64,000 bases of DNA from Chrysomallon squamiferum (Eukaryota > Animalia > Mollusca), in NCBI GenBank assembly GCA_012295275.1, contig CM022668.1, forward strand, positions 12,462,001 to 12,526,000, given 5' to 3'. A program made the position numbers and the translations under genes. How positions within the stretch are numbered: position 1 is the first letter of the stretch; the number at the start of each line of letters is the position of its first letter. Below are positions 12,363 to 26,619 of the stretch, one piece after another. The notes beneath the pieces were generated by a model. That model worked only from the letters and a program-made list of their open reading frames with translations, was not told where the DNA came from and searched no databases.

Positions 12363-13298
12363 GTAGGTTTTTTAAATTTTTTTTTAAAAAGTCCAAATCT
12401 GACTGCTCATATTTTTGGCTAAAATAAGATCATTTATAAACTTCTGGACGTTTAGAACTGATAATATTAAAAGTAAATTTTTCTATTTTGTAATGAGGAA
12501 AAAAAAAAAAAAATTGGAAATATTGTTTGTTAATATTTTATTATTATTTAATGTTTTGTTAAATTAAATAATAAAGGATATTAAAACTCCGAAATATCAG
12601 CAAGTTAGATTTGGGAAAAAAAATGTTTTGGGTGTGATTGTGTGTTATTTAAAAGAAAAAAAAAGATATTTTTCTGTTTAATTTTAAAGAAGAAAATATC
12701 TTCTTTTTTTTTTCCGTTTTCTTCTTTTTACTTCTTTTTTAATTCTTTGTATTTAACATGCTTGTTTGTATAACAGACTATTTCTTATTTACTTTATCTC
12801 TCTCCTTGTTTTTAATTTTCTATATAATTTTGAATATATACTACAAATTCTGGATGGTGTACTTTATTGTTATGAAATACTGTTGTCCAATAATTATATT
12901 ATGTCAAGTCCTAAACTAAATCTATTTTTTCATTTTGTTAATTAATTGTATAGGGGAGTTAACTCTAGCTGGCTATATTTAATAATACTATTTATCATAT
13001 ACACACATATTTTACATAAACATACTGCATGCAATATGCAATCACACACACACACACACACACACACACATTCACAAATGAATCTACATACATATATAAT
13101 CTATATATAAATATTCAAGTATGCCTTTCATGTACAAACAACCCATCATATTATCCTCCAGTTATGAAATTAATTAGATAAACAGCAGCATGTCCAAATC
13201 TTAACCCTCAACAATCAAATCCAAATTTATCAAAAGTAGATGTAAAAAAAAATGGGAGTGGTGATCTCACCCCACCCCTGAATACCTTTTTGTAGTAA

Positions 13299-13358
13299 CC
13301 TGGGCTGGGACTTGAACCCAGAACCTGTCAGTCTTCAGGCTGGTGACTTAACCAACCG
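13299..13358 (-). mobile_element. tRNA-like SINE head fragment
   Basis: Reverse complement reads ggttggttaag...gggttcaagtcccagc (Pol III A/B-box arrangement). Confidence 0.45.
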
Positions 13359-14736
13359 CAGGGTTTTTTAATAACTGTGAGGAAACAAACAAACTAAATG
13401 AGTGTAACAACAGAGTGTAAACAGTGTGTTTACGTTGAAAACTTACCTACTTAACAATGTACAGCATCTGTTACCTGACGTTTTCAGGTCAGCTGATAAA
13501 GTGGATTGAAATTTTACATTAAAAGACATACCTGTTTTTTTTTTTTACCTGTGTTTAAATACACCTGTAATTTATGTATGAATTGAGATATTTACCTGTA
13601 TTTTTTTTTTTATAATACAGATAATTTTATCTCTGTTATAGCTGTACATATGTAACTGACATACCTGAATTTTACCTATAATTTACCTGTATTTAAATTA
13701 ATAAACCTGTAATTTATGTGTGAATTTGGATATATATCTCTATTTTTACCTGTATGTTTTACAAAACAGATAATATTATCTTTATTAGTACAAATTCAAT
13801 CATTACACCTGTATTTTACCTAAATTGTACCTGTAAAGTCAATTACGTCTGACTTTTCACCTGTACATCACAATACAGGTAATTATATCTGCACAAATGT
13901 GACATTTACAAATACCTGTACCAACCAAAACACAGGTGGATTGAAGAGTTCTGTAGTTACACCTTCATTTACACCTGTATTTTATTTTTTTAAATTCATT
14001 TCCTATCCATGGCATACCACACATACAAGCAATAATGCAGGATATTGTTTCTAATTTGTGTCTTTTGTAAATATTTGAACCAAGCAAAATTATTTGTTTA
14101 TACTTCTGACTACACCTGTAAACATTTTGACACACTTGTGTTTTGTACCTGTCTGAAATGGACAGGAAATTAGGCTAATATAGATAAATATTTGACAGAA
14201 AGAACGTAATTAAACAGAGGTATATTATTTTAAAAAGCAGTAAATCATGTACAGATTAATTAACAAAAGTTTAAATAAATTTAATACTTTTGATATCACA
14301 CACATAAAACTGGCAGCAATATAATAACTATAATTGTTTTTTTTAAATAATACATACTTTTGTAAAATTATTCTTTTATTATAGTCATCAAGATTTTTAC
14401 CCTTTTTATTCATATAGTTAGATTTATAATTATATTTTATGATCATCATTATCATTATTATTATCATTATTATTATCATTATTATCATTATTATTATTAT
14501 TATTATTCTATTTAAGCCTTTTTGCTGTGATGCATGTTTCCAAAATTTCCTATTTCAATAATTTATTTAACAGTAATATAATTTCTATGATAATTTTCAT
14601 AATTAATTAATTAATTAATTAATATTTAATAATAATAATAAATTTTATTCCAGAAAATCTTAACCCTTTTACTGTCATGCATGAATCAAAACTGCCTTAA
14701 AATTTCAATTTTTAATAAATTAATAATAATAATAAC

Positions 14737-14779
<43 letters not shown>

Positions 14780-14983
14780 ATATTATTATTATTTGCATTA
14801 TTTGCATTATTTGCAATTAAAAAAATAAAATAATAATAATTTTAAAAACATTTTCCTGAAAATGTTTAACCCTTTTTGTTTCATGCTTGTGCAGTTACAT
14901 TTTTATAACTGTGCCTATGATCGACCTTTGACCTTGTTTGACTTCTCCTCTTTTTGACCTTGACCTTGTTGCCTTTTTCCCAG

Positions 14984-15040
14984 ATATTCGCCACTCATTT
15001 GACTCCGCCTCTTCCACAGCATCATCATCCACCGAACCTG
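14984..15040 (+). CDS. Exon 18, 57-nt symmetric Ser-rich exon (DIRHSFDSASSTASSSTEP)
   Basis: Long pyrimidine tract + cccag acceptor, CTG|GTAAGA donor; open, phase 1-1. Confidence 0.8.
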
Positions 15041-16118
15041 GTAAGACATTTTTTTTGTTCATTGCATGTGTTTGTACCCTAGACTTGCTTAAGTCAATAC
15101 GAATATTTAATCATTTGTTTTTTTAAAACTGTTTTTCTTTTTTTTCTTTCTTTCATGCTTTGTATAAGGTTTCACACTAATAAGGTTGCCTTGCATTAGA
15201 TCATTAAGGTCGAAGTTTAATTTGTAAGGAGTAAATATTACCGAACTTCTGATTGGCTGAAATGATAAGAATTTTTTTTTTTATATGGTGTATATTTATT
15301 TACAAAATATATATATATATATCAGAGATATGGAAAATATATATGAAAAAATAATAATAATAAAAGATTTAAAATGACAAATTTACAAATTTTCAAAAAT
15401 GTATTTAATGAAAAAAAAAATTGCAGTAACATTGTCACCATTGGAAATATGTTTGATGTTAGTTAACCATCGCTATTAAATAATGTTTAATGTTTTTACC
15501 TTCTGTATCAATTTTATTTACTTCTAATCATACAAACAGTAATATACACTTTGTGTACAAAGAAAAAAACTAATTAAAATTATTTTGGTGGGAAAAATGT
15601 TAACATTACCACCAGTGAGAAATGATTTAATGCAAGGCAACCAAATCTTACTTCAATATTTTTAAAATAATGTTTTTAAGGTTTTATTTACTAAACATTT
15701 TCTATTGATCGGTTTTCTTGCTCAGACTGTATTTTTACTAAATTCTGTCACTGAAATGATTTTTTCTTTCACGTGCTTAAAAACACTTTAACATAATTAA
15801 TTCTGCTTTGCTTTGATCTGTTGTTTTGCAGCAATTTATATGTGCTTACAGATATACATGCACTCATAAATATATATTTAAACACATAAACACTCTTACA
15901 GACATACACAGACAAACATATATATACACCAGTAGAAATGTATATTTACCTACATACATAGATATAGTATACTCATGCACATATAAATACACACAGGCAG
16001 ACAAACCAACAGACATGCAAACAGACATGTGCACACACACACACACACACAGACACAGAGACCAATGCATACTCTCACATATACATATATACACACACAA
16101 ACACACATACACACATAC

Positions 16119-16157
<39 letters not shown>

Positions 16158-16819
16158 TACATACATACATACATACTACATACATACATACATATATATA
16201 CATACATAATTACTTACATACATACACAAACACACTCACATAAATCAAAACACACACATAAATGCATACACACACACACACACACACACACCTCAACACA
16301 ACAACAAAATAATAATACATACAGACATACTACAAGAAATTTAAAGAATTAAAAACTATTTCTAAATCTTTCTTGTGCTATCTTCACCAACCTAATCTAT
16401 CACCATTTCTTCTACCCATGTGTTTTATGTTCTCCATTAACTCGAAAGACAGCCTATAATTCTAGCATTTTCAAGAAACACAATCAAGTTTAGACCTGTT
16501 AATTGAATTGTAAACCAAAACGGTTTTTCTACAAAGAGCGGTAAATCATTTTGTTTCTATCTAAATGTAAATATCCGTTCTGTTCACCAAACTGTAATCA
16601 TGTCAGCTAGGGCTTTGACATAATTTATTATAATTATATGCACCATTAAGCTCATTTGCATAATTTATGTGATTAAATGTTGCATATTCATTGCCATTAA
16701 GCTGTGTGTTGTTGTTCAAAGAACGTTAAGTGGAAATATTAGATTAGTGAATTCAGAACTTACTGGTATGAGTTAATGTATGCTAATTTGAACTGCAGGG
16801 TAGGCTTCTGAATTATGTG

Positions 16820-17030
16820 ATACTCATTTGGATGAAAGGATGGTAGTTTGAATGATATGATGCTCATTTGAATGATAGGATACTAGTTTGAATGATAAGA
16901 CACTTGTTTGAATTAAAGGATACTCATTTGAATGATAGGATACTTATTTGAATGAAAGGATACTCATTTGAATGAAAGGATACTCAACTGAATCATCGAA
17001 TTCTCATTTGAATTACTTAATACTCATTGT
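16820..17030. repeat. 20-bp minisatellite (tactcatttgaatgatagga)
   Basis: About 10 tandem copies. Confidence 0.88.
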
Positions 17031-17199
17031 ATAATAGAAAGTATAAAAGACTGTTCATACCAGTTTGAAACATGAAACAGAAATACAAGGATATGTCGTA
17101 CAAAGTATAAACTTGTTAAACTCACAGGATACACATTTGAATCAAAGGATATTTATTGGTAATTTGAGATCCCTTGTTTAAGTAAAAAATCTTCTGTAG

Positions 17200-17805
17200 T
17201 GTAGAGTTGTTAAAATAAAGAAATATATAAATAATAAAATAAAAATTAAGACAAATTCACCTTACGTACCTTTTGTGGTGTAGAGTCACAGTTTGTTAAA
17301 ATAAAGAAACATATAAATAATAAAATTAACTTAAAAACAAATTCACCTTAAGTGCCTTTTGTGGTGTAGAGTCACAGTTTGTTAAAATAAAGAAACATAT
17401 AAATAATAAAATTAACTTAAAAACAAATTCATCTTAAGTGCCTTTTCTGGTGTAGGGTCACAGTTTGTTAAAATAAATAAATTTACAAATAATAAAATAA
17501 AATTTAAAACAAATTCACCTTAAGTGCCTTTTGTGGTGTAGGGTCACAGTTTGTTAAAATAAATAAATGTATAAATAATAAAATAAAATTTAAGACAAAT
17601 TCATCTTAAGTGCCTTTTCTGGTGTAGGGTCACAGTTTGTTAAAATAAATAAATTTACAAATAATAAAATAAAATTTAAAACAAATTCACCTTAAGTGCC
17701 TTTTGTGGTATAGGGTCACAGTTTGTTAAAATAAATAAATGTATAAATAACAAAATAAAATTTAAAACAAATTCACCTTAAGTGCCTTTTGTGGTGTAGG
17801 GTCAC
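17200..17805. repeat. 86-bp tandem repeat x7
   Basis: attca anchor at 17255, 17341, 17427, 17513, 17599, 17685 and 17771. Confidence 0.95.
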
Positions 17806-18239
17806 TCTTGTTTGTCTTGTGACATGCCGGAATTAAAGGGTTAATTCTGTTATTCTGTCCTAAATGAAGAAGGAAGTTTTTTTGATAAAATGTCTGTGAG
17901 TCTGTCAGGTTGTTAAGATATTTAAGTATTTGTTGTGGCTCTGGTGTGTTTGTGTTTAGATTTATTCCAATTTGTAGATAAAGCTTGGAGACTTTGGAAA
18001 TATCACAGATAAAAGTGATCATGAGTATGTCGTAGTTTGTATACTTCAGAAAAATGTGTGTGTGTGCGCGTGTGTGCATGTGTGTGTGTGCATGTGTGTG
18101 TGTGTGTCTGTCTGTGCGTGTGTGCATGTGTGTGTGTCTGTGTGTGTGTGTGCTTGCGTGTGTGTGTGCATGTGTGTGTCTGTGCAGGAGGAAAATGGAA
18201 AATACAAAAGTGAATATGAAACTCATAACAACATGTGTG

Positions 18240-18326
<87 letters not shown>

Positions 18327-18979
18327 AGGGAGGGAGAGGGAGAAGAGACAGACAGAGAGAGATGTTTGTTTTCATGTAATTATTTAAACTCTTAACTATT
18401 TTTACACATTTCCTTTTCCATCCATCATTCTCCCTTTTTTTATACTTTTCTTTCTCTCACTTATCATCTGTTTATCCTTTTCTTCTGTGTCTCATTTCTT
18501 TTCTGTCTATCTCTGATTTGTCTTAGAAATTTCCTTTCTCATATTTTTGCTTGTCTCTCACTCTCTATTACATTTGTTTTCTCTCTCTGTCTAAAACAGC
18601 TACTGCTTATAACAATACTGCACAGTCTGTAATGATGACTGTCCTTTTAGACTAAATTAATTTTTTCAATCCCAAGCTTATAAACCACAAAACCCCAAAA
18701 ACCCAATACTTCACATTCACAATATATATACACATTTATTTATTTTATTTTATATTTTTTATTTTTTTAAATTTTGAGAGTACTCATTAAAAGGATTATA
18801 TTACATTTGTTAAACAGTTTTCTGCTTTATGGTTTTATTGTATCCTGAAAGATAAATGGTTCAGTAAAAAGTAGGTAGAGTTTATATTGTTTCTGTATGT
18901 TTTATTGAATATGTACATTGCAGCTGTTTTTGACATAAGTTGTATATTACATGTAGGTAATAAATATGTGTATTACGCT

Positions 18980-19026
<47 letters not shown>

Positions 19027-19321
19027 GTTAGTGGTGTATTCTTTGTAAAATGAATTATTTTTCATTTTTTAATTTTAATTTTTTTTTATTTAATGCTTAA
19101 AAATGATGTTTTATTATTTATCATCGTCAACAACAATATTTTAATTAGGAATTTCTATGATTGTTATTATTATCATTGTTGTTGTTATTATTACTTTTTA
19201 TCATTATTATTGTTATTTTTATTATTATATCTGAGAGAAAACAATCTACAAATGTAAACCAAGAAGGTTATAGGAAAAGAAAATTTCTATGAAAGTAAAA
19301 AATGAAAAAGTGACTGAGTGA

Positions 19322-19361
<40 letters not shown>

Positions 19362-19441
19362 TTTTGCATGAATGTATGTTTATGTTCAAGACAGAGAAAA
19401 AAGGAAAAGGATCCAAGAGAAATAAAAATAAAGAGAAAAAA

Positions 19442-19518
<77 letters not shown>

Positions 19519-19547
19519 CAGACAGACAGAGAGAGAGATAGACAGAG

Positions 19548-19580
<33 letters not shown>

Positions 19581-20182
19581 GAGAATAAAAGAAAAATATA
19601 GGAGAGACTGAAAGACAGGGAGGGAAGAGACAAAGAAAGAAAAAAAAGAAAGAATGAAAGAAAGAAGTAAAAAAGAGAGAATGAGAAAAATATCAGAAAA
19701 GAACAAAATAATCAGGTCATAGAAAATCTAGGAATTAACTAGAATGATTGAGAGAATGAAAAAGAACAAGAAAGGATGAATAAGAACAATCAAACAATAA
19801 ACTAAGAAGATTCTTTCTATCTCAGCAATGAAGAAAAACTTGAACTGTTAAATAAAAATAAACTTCACAGACGATAAAAATCACAAGATAAAAGTTAACA
19901 TGAAGATGTCAATTATTTTTCTTGAACATTCCACAAACCTGTTAATTGCGGACGCCCAGAAATAAGAGGTCATGACTAGGTTATCTCAATGTACAAGATG
20001 ACAGACGCACAAACATACATCAGACAGATAGTTGTTTCATATCACTTAGTGGCCAGGTTTTTCTTAGTTGAGTAAACAGAGATGAGACAGAATTTGAAAG
20101 ATTTTTTTTTGTGTTGATAAAAAACTACTGATTTTTTAATTCATTTTACTTTATTTATTTATTTGTTTGTTTTATAGGGTTT

Positions 20183-20217
<35 letters not shown>

Positions 20218-20379
20218 TTTCAATTTATTTCAATTTATATGGTGTTTTTTTATATATTTATGAGAAGGTTCATATAAAGATTCCTTCTTGCTAACTGAAA
20301 AAAGACAAAGACATATTTCTTCTTATAAAAATGGCTCTTAATCATTTCAGTTGTTGAAGTAAGAGAAATTTTGTTTTTA

Positions 20380-20830
20380 ATTTAGTGTATCGAAAGATTA
20401 CTCATTGTTAAAGTATAAAACACAAAACCACTTTTTTACTTGTGCATTTTTGAATTTTTAAATTTTAAATTTTTTTAAATTTTATTTTTTATTTTGTTTT
20501 TAATTTAATGTATAGAAAGATTACTCATTGTTAAAGTATAAAAAAACAAAACCACTTTCTTACTTGTACATTTTTAAATTTTTAAATTTAAATTTTTTTT
20601 AAATTTTATTTTTTATTTTGTTGTTAATTTAATGTATAGAAAGATTATTCATTGTTAAAGTATAAAAAACAAAACCACTTTCTTATTTGAACAATTTTAA
20701 ATTTTTTTGAATTTTATTTTGAATTTTATTTTGAATTTTATTTTGAATTTAATGTATAGAAAGATTACTCATTGTTAAAGTATAAAAAACAAAAACACTT
20801 TCTTACTTGTACATTTTAAAATTTTAAAAT
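20380..20830. repeat. ~120-bp tandem repeat x4 (gaaagattactcattgttaaagtataaaa..aaaccacttt)
   Basis: Four near-identical cores. Confidence 0.9.
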
Positions 20831-21294
20831 TTTAAATTTTATATAATTTTAAAATTAATTTTATTTATTTATTTATTTTTATTTTTTTTTTTTGTTTTCC
20901 CCTTAATTTTATTTATTGTTTTTAAATTGGTTTTTGTTTTGTTTTGTTTTTATAACTGTGATATATCACATCAGTAAACTCACCCAATTAAGGCCTCTCT
21001 GGTTCACTTGTCTTTTATTACAGACCTTATATCCCTGATAGAGCCTTGTGTGTGCCTGAGTGTGTGTGTGTATGTGTGTTTGTTTGTGTGCTATATCTGT
21101 TTTTATCAATGTGTGTGTCTATTTAATTGTGACCATATTTATTACCTTCCATTGAAATCCTCTTAATTTTGATAACCCAATTAGTGCCTCTCTCACAATT
21201 GATTTCAATTTGCTAAGCAGACTTGTTGGCCTACTCAGGGCCTCTTCTGAGTAAGCATATTCTTCTGTGAGAGAGCCTTCTCTTTTGAAGTTGA

Positions 21295-21376
21295 ATGAAG
21301 TTTTGCAGCAGACTTCAAAAAAAAGAAATTTTCTTTACCTGCTTTGATACAAGAAGGAAATATTTGTGGACGGCAG
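21295..21376 (+). CDS. Candidate alternative first coding exon (MKFCSRLQKKEIFFTCFDTRRKYLWTA)
   Basis: ATG, 27 open codons + 1 nt, donor CAG|GTATGC; phase 1 matches the acceptor at 38810. Confidence 0.35.
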
Positions 21377-23084
21377 GTATGCAAGTACAGGTATACCTGA
21401 TTACAGGTGTGTAAGTAGAGTTTATTTCTAATTACAGGTGTTTGATGTTTAAGAGATAATTTAGTTCTTTTTTGTGTTTTAGTGATGTAATGAATAATTA
21501 ATATGTTCCGTTGAAAAGGTTAAAATTTAGAACATTTGATTTAGATCAAAGAGAAAAGATTTTGTGTGTGTGTCTGTGTGTTAGGAGGTATGTATGTATG
21601 TATGTATGTATGTATGTATGTATGTATGTATGTATGTATGTATGTGTATGTATGAGTATGTGTGTGTATGTGTGTGTGTGTTTTTTTTCTGTATATGACT
21701 ATGTTCTTGTTATTTAGGTCATATATCTTATATAGAAATATATTTATACACATGCATACACATATATATGTATATAAACATCTATACAAACAAAATGGGA
21801 TATGTATGTATGTGTGTGTGTATATATATATATATATATACATACATGTATATATAATATGTGTGTGTGTGTGTGTGTATATATATGTGTGTGTGTGTAT
21901 ATATATATGTGTGTGTGTGTGTGTATATATGTGTGTGTGTGGGTGGGTGGGTGTGTGTGTGTATTTCCATAAGGTTATTGGTATATCATACACATTGTAT
22001 TCCACATCATGTATACATGCCTTTTTTTTTTATTCACAATTCTTTTTCAACACAAACGTTTGTGTGTGTACACAGGGTTCACTGTTCATTCATGGATTAT
22101 TTCACAGTCCTTACAGCACACAAAGACAAACACAACTCCTTTACAAGATTTAGATTCAAAAATCTGTACACCTGACCCCAATGTCAGCCATATTGACACA
22201 AAGTAAGTCATTTTGACAGGTGGTCTGAATTGACAGGTGTCGCATTACTTCATGAGTCATATGCATAGTTATATGCTGAGTAAGTGTATTGTATTGTATT
22301 TAAATAAGTAGGAGCAGACATGCATATATGTGTATACATATGTATATATATGTAGAAGATAGATATAGGTATATATATATATATATGTAGAAGACAGATA
22401 TAGATATAGGTATATATATATATATAAATACTAGTATGCATGCACACACACATATATGTACAGTTATATGAATATTGTTACTCTCTCTCACACACACACA
22501 CAGACACACGCAGACACATACACACACTTAATAAAAATGTCTACATTCTGATATGACTCAACAATCAAGGTAATGATTATAAAAACTTAGCTAATAACAC
22601 ATACAGACAGTCAGACAAAAAAAAACAGACTTAAAGACACATACAACATAACATTAAAAAGCACCAATTATGAATCATAGCTATGAGACACCCAGACAGA
22701 CATAAATACTGTCTATGTATAATGATTGAGACACATGGACAGGTTTATCTGATTCAGACACACAGACAAGATATTTCCTGTATATTGATTTCAAATAAAC
22801 AGAGAGCCATACAGAAGAGATACCGACTAAATAATCTGTATAGCACACAGCAATAACAGTTATTGATTGTTAAATTCAGACATACAGAGAAACATACTGC
22901 CTGTGTATCTGATATTTTCTGTGTATTTGATTCAGACATACAGACAGCGATAGTGACTACAAATCTGATTGGAACAAACAGACATGGATTACACCACATA
23001 TGTGTATCATTCCAACAATGAGGATTATTGATTATAAAATTCAGACACACAGACAGACAGGCAGATAGACAGACAGATATGCTC

Positions 23085-23505
23085 TATATATTTCATTCAG
23101 ACATACAGACAGAAATACTGACTATATATCTGATTCAGACATACAGACAAAGATACTGACTATATATCTGACTTAGAGATACTGACTATATATCTGATTC
23201 TGACATACAGACAGAGATACTGACTATATATCTGATTCAGACAAAGATACTGACTATATATCTGACTTAGAGATACTGACTATGTATCTGATTCAGACAC
23301 ACAGACAGAGATACTGACTATATATCTGATTCAGACAGACATACTGACTATATATGTGATTCAGACATACAGACAGATACTGACTATATATGTGATTCAG
23401 ACATACAGACAGATACTGACTATTTGATTCAGACATACAGACAGGGATACTGACTATATATCTGTATCTCACAGTACAGATACTGACTATATATCTGTAT
23501 CTCAC
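23085..23505. repeat. Variable ~25-38-bp minisatellite (gattcagacatacagacagagatactgactatatatct)
   Basis: gatactgactatatatct core repeated more than 10 times. Confidence 0.9.
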
Positions 23506-24665
23506 ACTACAATAATGGTTATTGATTATATGATATAGCTGTCACAGTTTTGTTATCATTCTAGAGTCAGTGTTTGTGCGTGGATAATAATCAGTAAGAT
23601 TTGGTTGTGATTGATTTTCACTTGACAAACATACAACAGGTAGTTTAGCTGTCTTTATTATTCCAAGGTTTGTGGGTAAGTTTGTTTTGTAGTCAGTCAG
23701 TTGTTATATGTGGTGTGTGTGTGTGTGTTTGAGAGAGAGGAAAAAAGAATATGTCATTTTGTGTATGTGTGTGTGTGCGTGTATGTGTTTGTGTTTGTGT
23801 ATATATATGTGTGTGTGTGTATATATATGTGTGTGTGTGTGTGTATTTGTATATGTTTGTACATGTGTGTGCATATCTTTGTATGTATGTGTATATGTAT
23901 GTATATGTATTTGTATATATATGTGTGTGTGTGTATATATATTATCTCTATATATAAGTATATGTGTATGTATATGTACAGGATATGTATACATGTGTAT
24001 GTGTATATATGTATGTGTGTATGTGTGCATGACTGTCCATCTTCATGTGTGTGTTTGTATTATTTGTACATTGTTATAAGTATTTGTGTAAATATAATTA
24101 CACAAACAAAGTGTTTGTATACATTCTCAAACCTCTTTATAAATATATATATATATATCTTTCTTTCTTTCTTCAACCTTCTGAGGTATTTTTCTCACTT
24201 GATCAGCGACAAATACCACTTCATTACAATTACATTATAATCAACACAAACATAAAACCACTTTCAGCGAAATCCACACCAAGACAGGCTTCAGTGAACA
24301 CCGGGTAAACAGTTTAATTTTAATTTTTATATCAGTCCACAGTTTATTATCAATTCAGTTCACAGTGTCTGCCGTGATTTTTAATTTACCTTTCACAGCA
24401 TGGGAGCCCATTGACAAAGATTTGATATCCCAGAATGGACTTTAAGTAATCTGAGAACTGTTTCTGTTCCAGCAGTTTCAATTATGTCATATTTTAAACA
24501 CTGCTGTGTGGCTATTGTTGGGTAAATTGGTTAATTTTGTGTTGAGCCTGGTTGTTTGGAAATTGATGAGTTTTTATGATGACGATGGTTGAAAGGGTTT
24601 AGTGTAAGAAAATTGATGTTTAGAAAAGAAATGATAAGGTAAATGTAAATTAATAATGGTAAGGA

Positions 24666-24700
<35 letters not shown>

Positions 24701-25038
24701 TAATAATAATAATAATATTAATAATAATAATAGTAATTTGATAGTAACAATAAAAATAATAATTTAAATAATAGTGATAGCAATAACAATCATAATATCA
24801 TACTATTTATAACAATAATAATAATATCAATAATAACAATAATAATAGTAATAATAATAATAACAATGATGATCTATATAATAAAAACTGAATACAAATT
24901 ATAGCTAAAAATATATACTGGTTAAACATGACCTTTTTAAACTTTCTCAAATTCCTTTCAGTGTCTTTATTATAAATTTATACAGATACAGTACACAAAT
25001 TAAAACACATACACACACAACACACACACACACACACA

Positions 25039-25091
<53 letters not shown>

Positions 25092-25436
25092 ACACACACT
25101 CTCGAACACAAACCCATATTAATTTCATTTCCATTTCATTAACATCGCTTTCTCCTTTTTCTTTTTTTTTTTTTTTTTTTTTCCTATTACAAAATTTTCC
25201 ATTATCTTTCTCTAATAAGATTTCAAGCAGGCAGATGTTTGATATACAACAATATAACATGATGACCAGCGAGATACTGTAGTTATTGCATAATGTGTGA
25301 GTGAGTGTACATGTCACTTATCTTGTTGCATCTCTACATTTCTATTAGCCCTGACACAGGCTTTGTTCAAGTTTTCTTTGAAGTGCTCTGTATGGTGAGT
25401 CCTAACTGCCAGTTATAATTGTTTGTGGTTAGGGTT

Positions 25437-25514
<78 letters not shown>

Positions 25515-25794
25515 ATATGTGTGTGTGTGTGGATTAATATATATGCTTGAATATATATATATATATGTATATATGTACGTATGTATAGATATGTTTTTAT
25601 GAGTCATATATATACAAATACACACACACACACACACACACATTTATTTACACATCTGAGTAAATGAATAAATGGATACAAGTATGTAAGTGTCTATGTT
25701 TTATAAATATATAGATAGATATCTGTTAAACAGTATTTATTCGTATGCAGCTTTGTCTATATGCATATATACATAGACACATACATACATATAC

Positions 25795-25825
<31 letters not shown>

Positions 25826-25960
25826 TGTACAGACATATATGCATACAAACCTTCTTACATGTATGCATGCATACATACATACACTTATACACACACATAC
25901 ACTTTCATACATTCATACATACATATATACATACATACATATATCTATATATACATATAC

Positions 25961-25996
<36 letters not shown>

Positions 25997-26556
25997 AACA
26001 CCTATACCTCTATTTATACATACATAAACACATAAAACATACACACACACACACACACACACCTGTAAGGTAAAATTCATTAGCATTTTATTATTCCTGC
26101 ACTGTCATAAATTAACATTGTTTACCTGGTTTAAAAAAAAAAAAAAATCCAATCAAGATTTACCTGTAGTGATTGATACACCTGTCATTTGTCACTACAA
26201 TACCTGTAATTAGCAGGTGTGTCAAGCTGAATTGATATGTCGCTACCTGCCAGGTAAAGCTCTTCACCCAAACACAGATCTTTATTAATTAATTTTGTAT
26301 CGACTTACCTAGCTAGATAGAATGAAGAAAGGAATGACAGAAGAATGGACAAGTTATAGTGATAGTGGGTGAACGAATATGTGATGATTTAGATATTTGA
26401 TTGATGGATGAAGGAATATAAATAAGAAAGAATATAAATAGAAACATGTGCACATACATACTTACACACAAACACACATATGTACATACATACACACATA
26501 TACATACATACACACAGGAATACATACATACATACACACATACATACATACATACA

Positions 26557-26619
<63 letters not shown>

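Noticed and set aside
24484-24521. MSYFKHCCVAIV candidate first exon
   Set aside because: Donor falls in phase 2 and is incompatible with the FN3 acceptor unless an extra sequencing error is assumed
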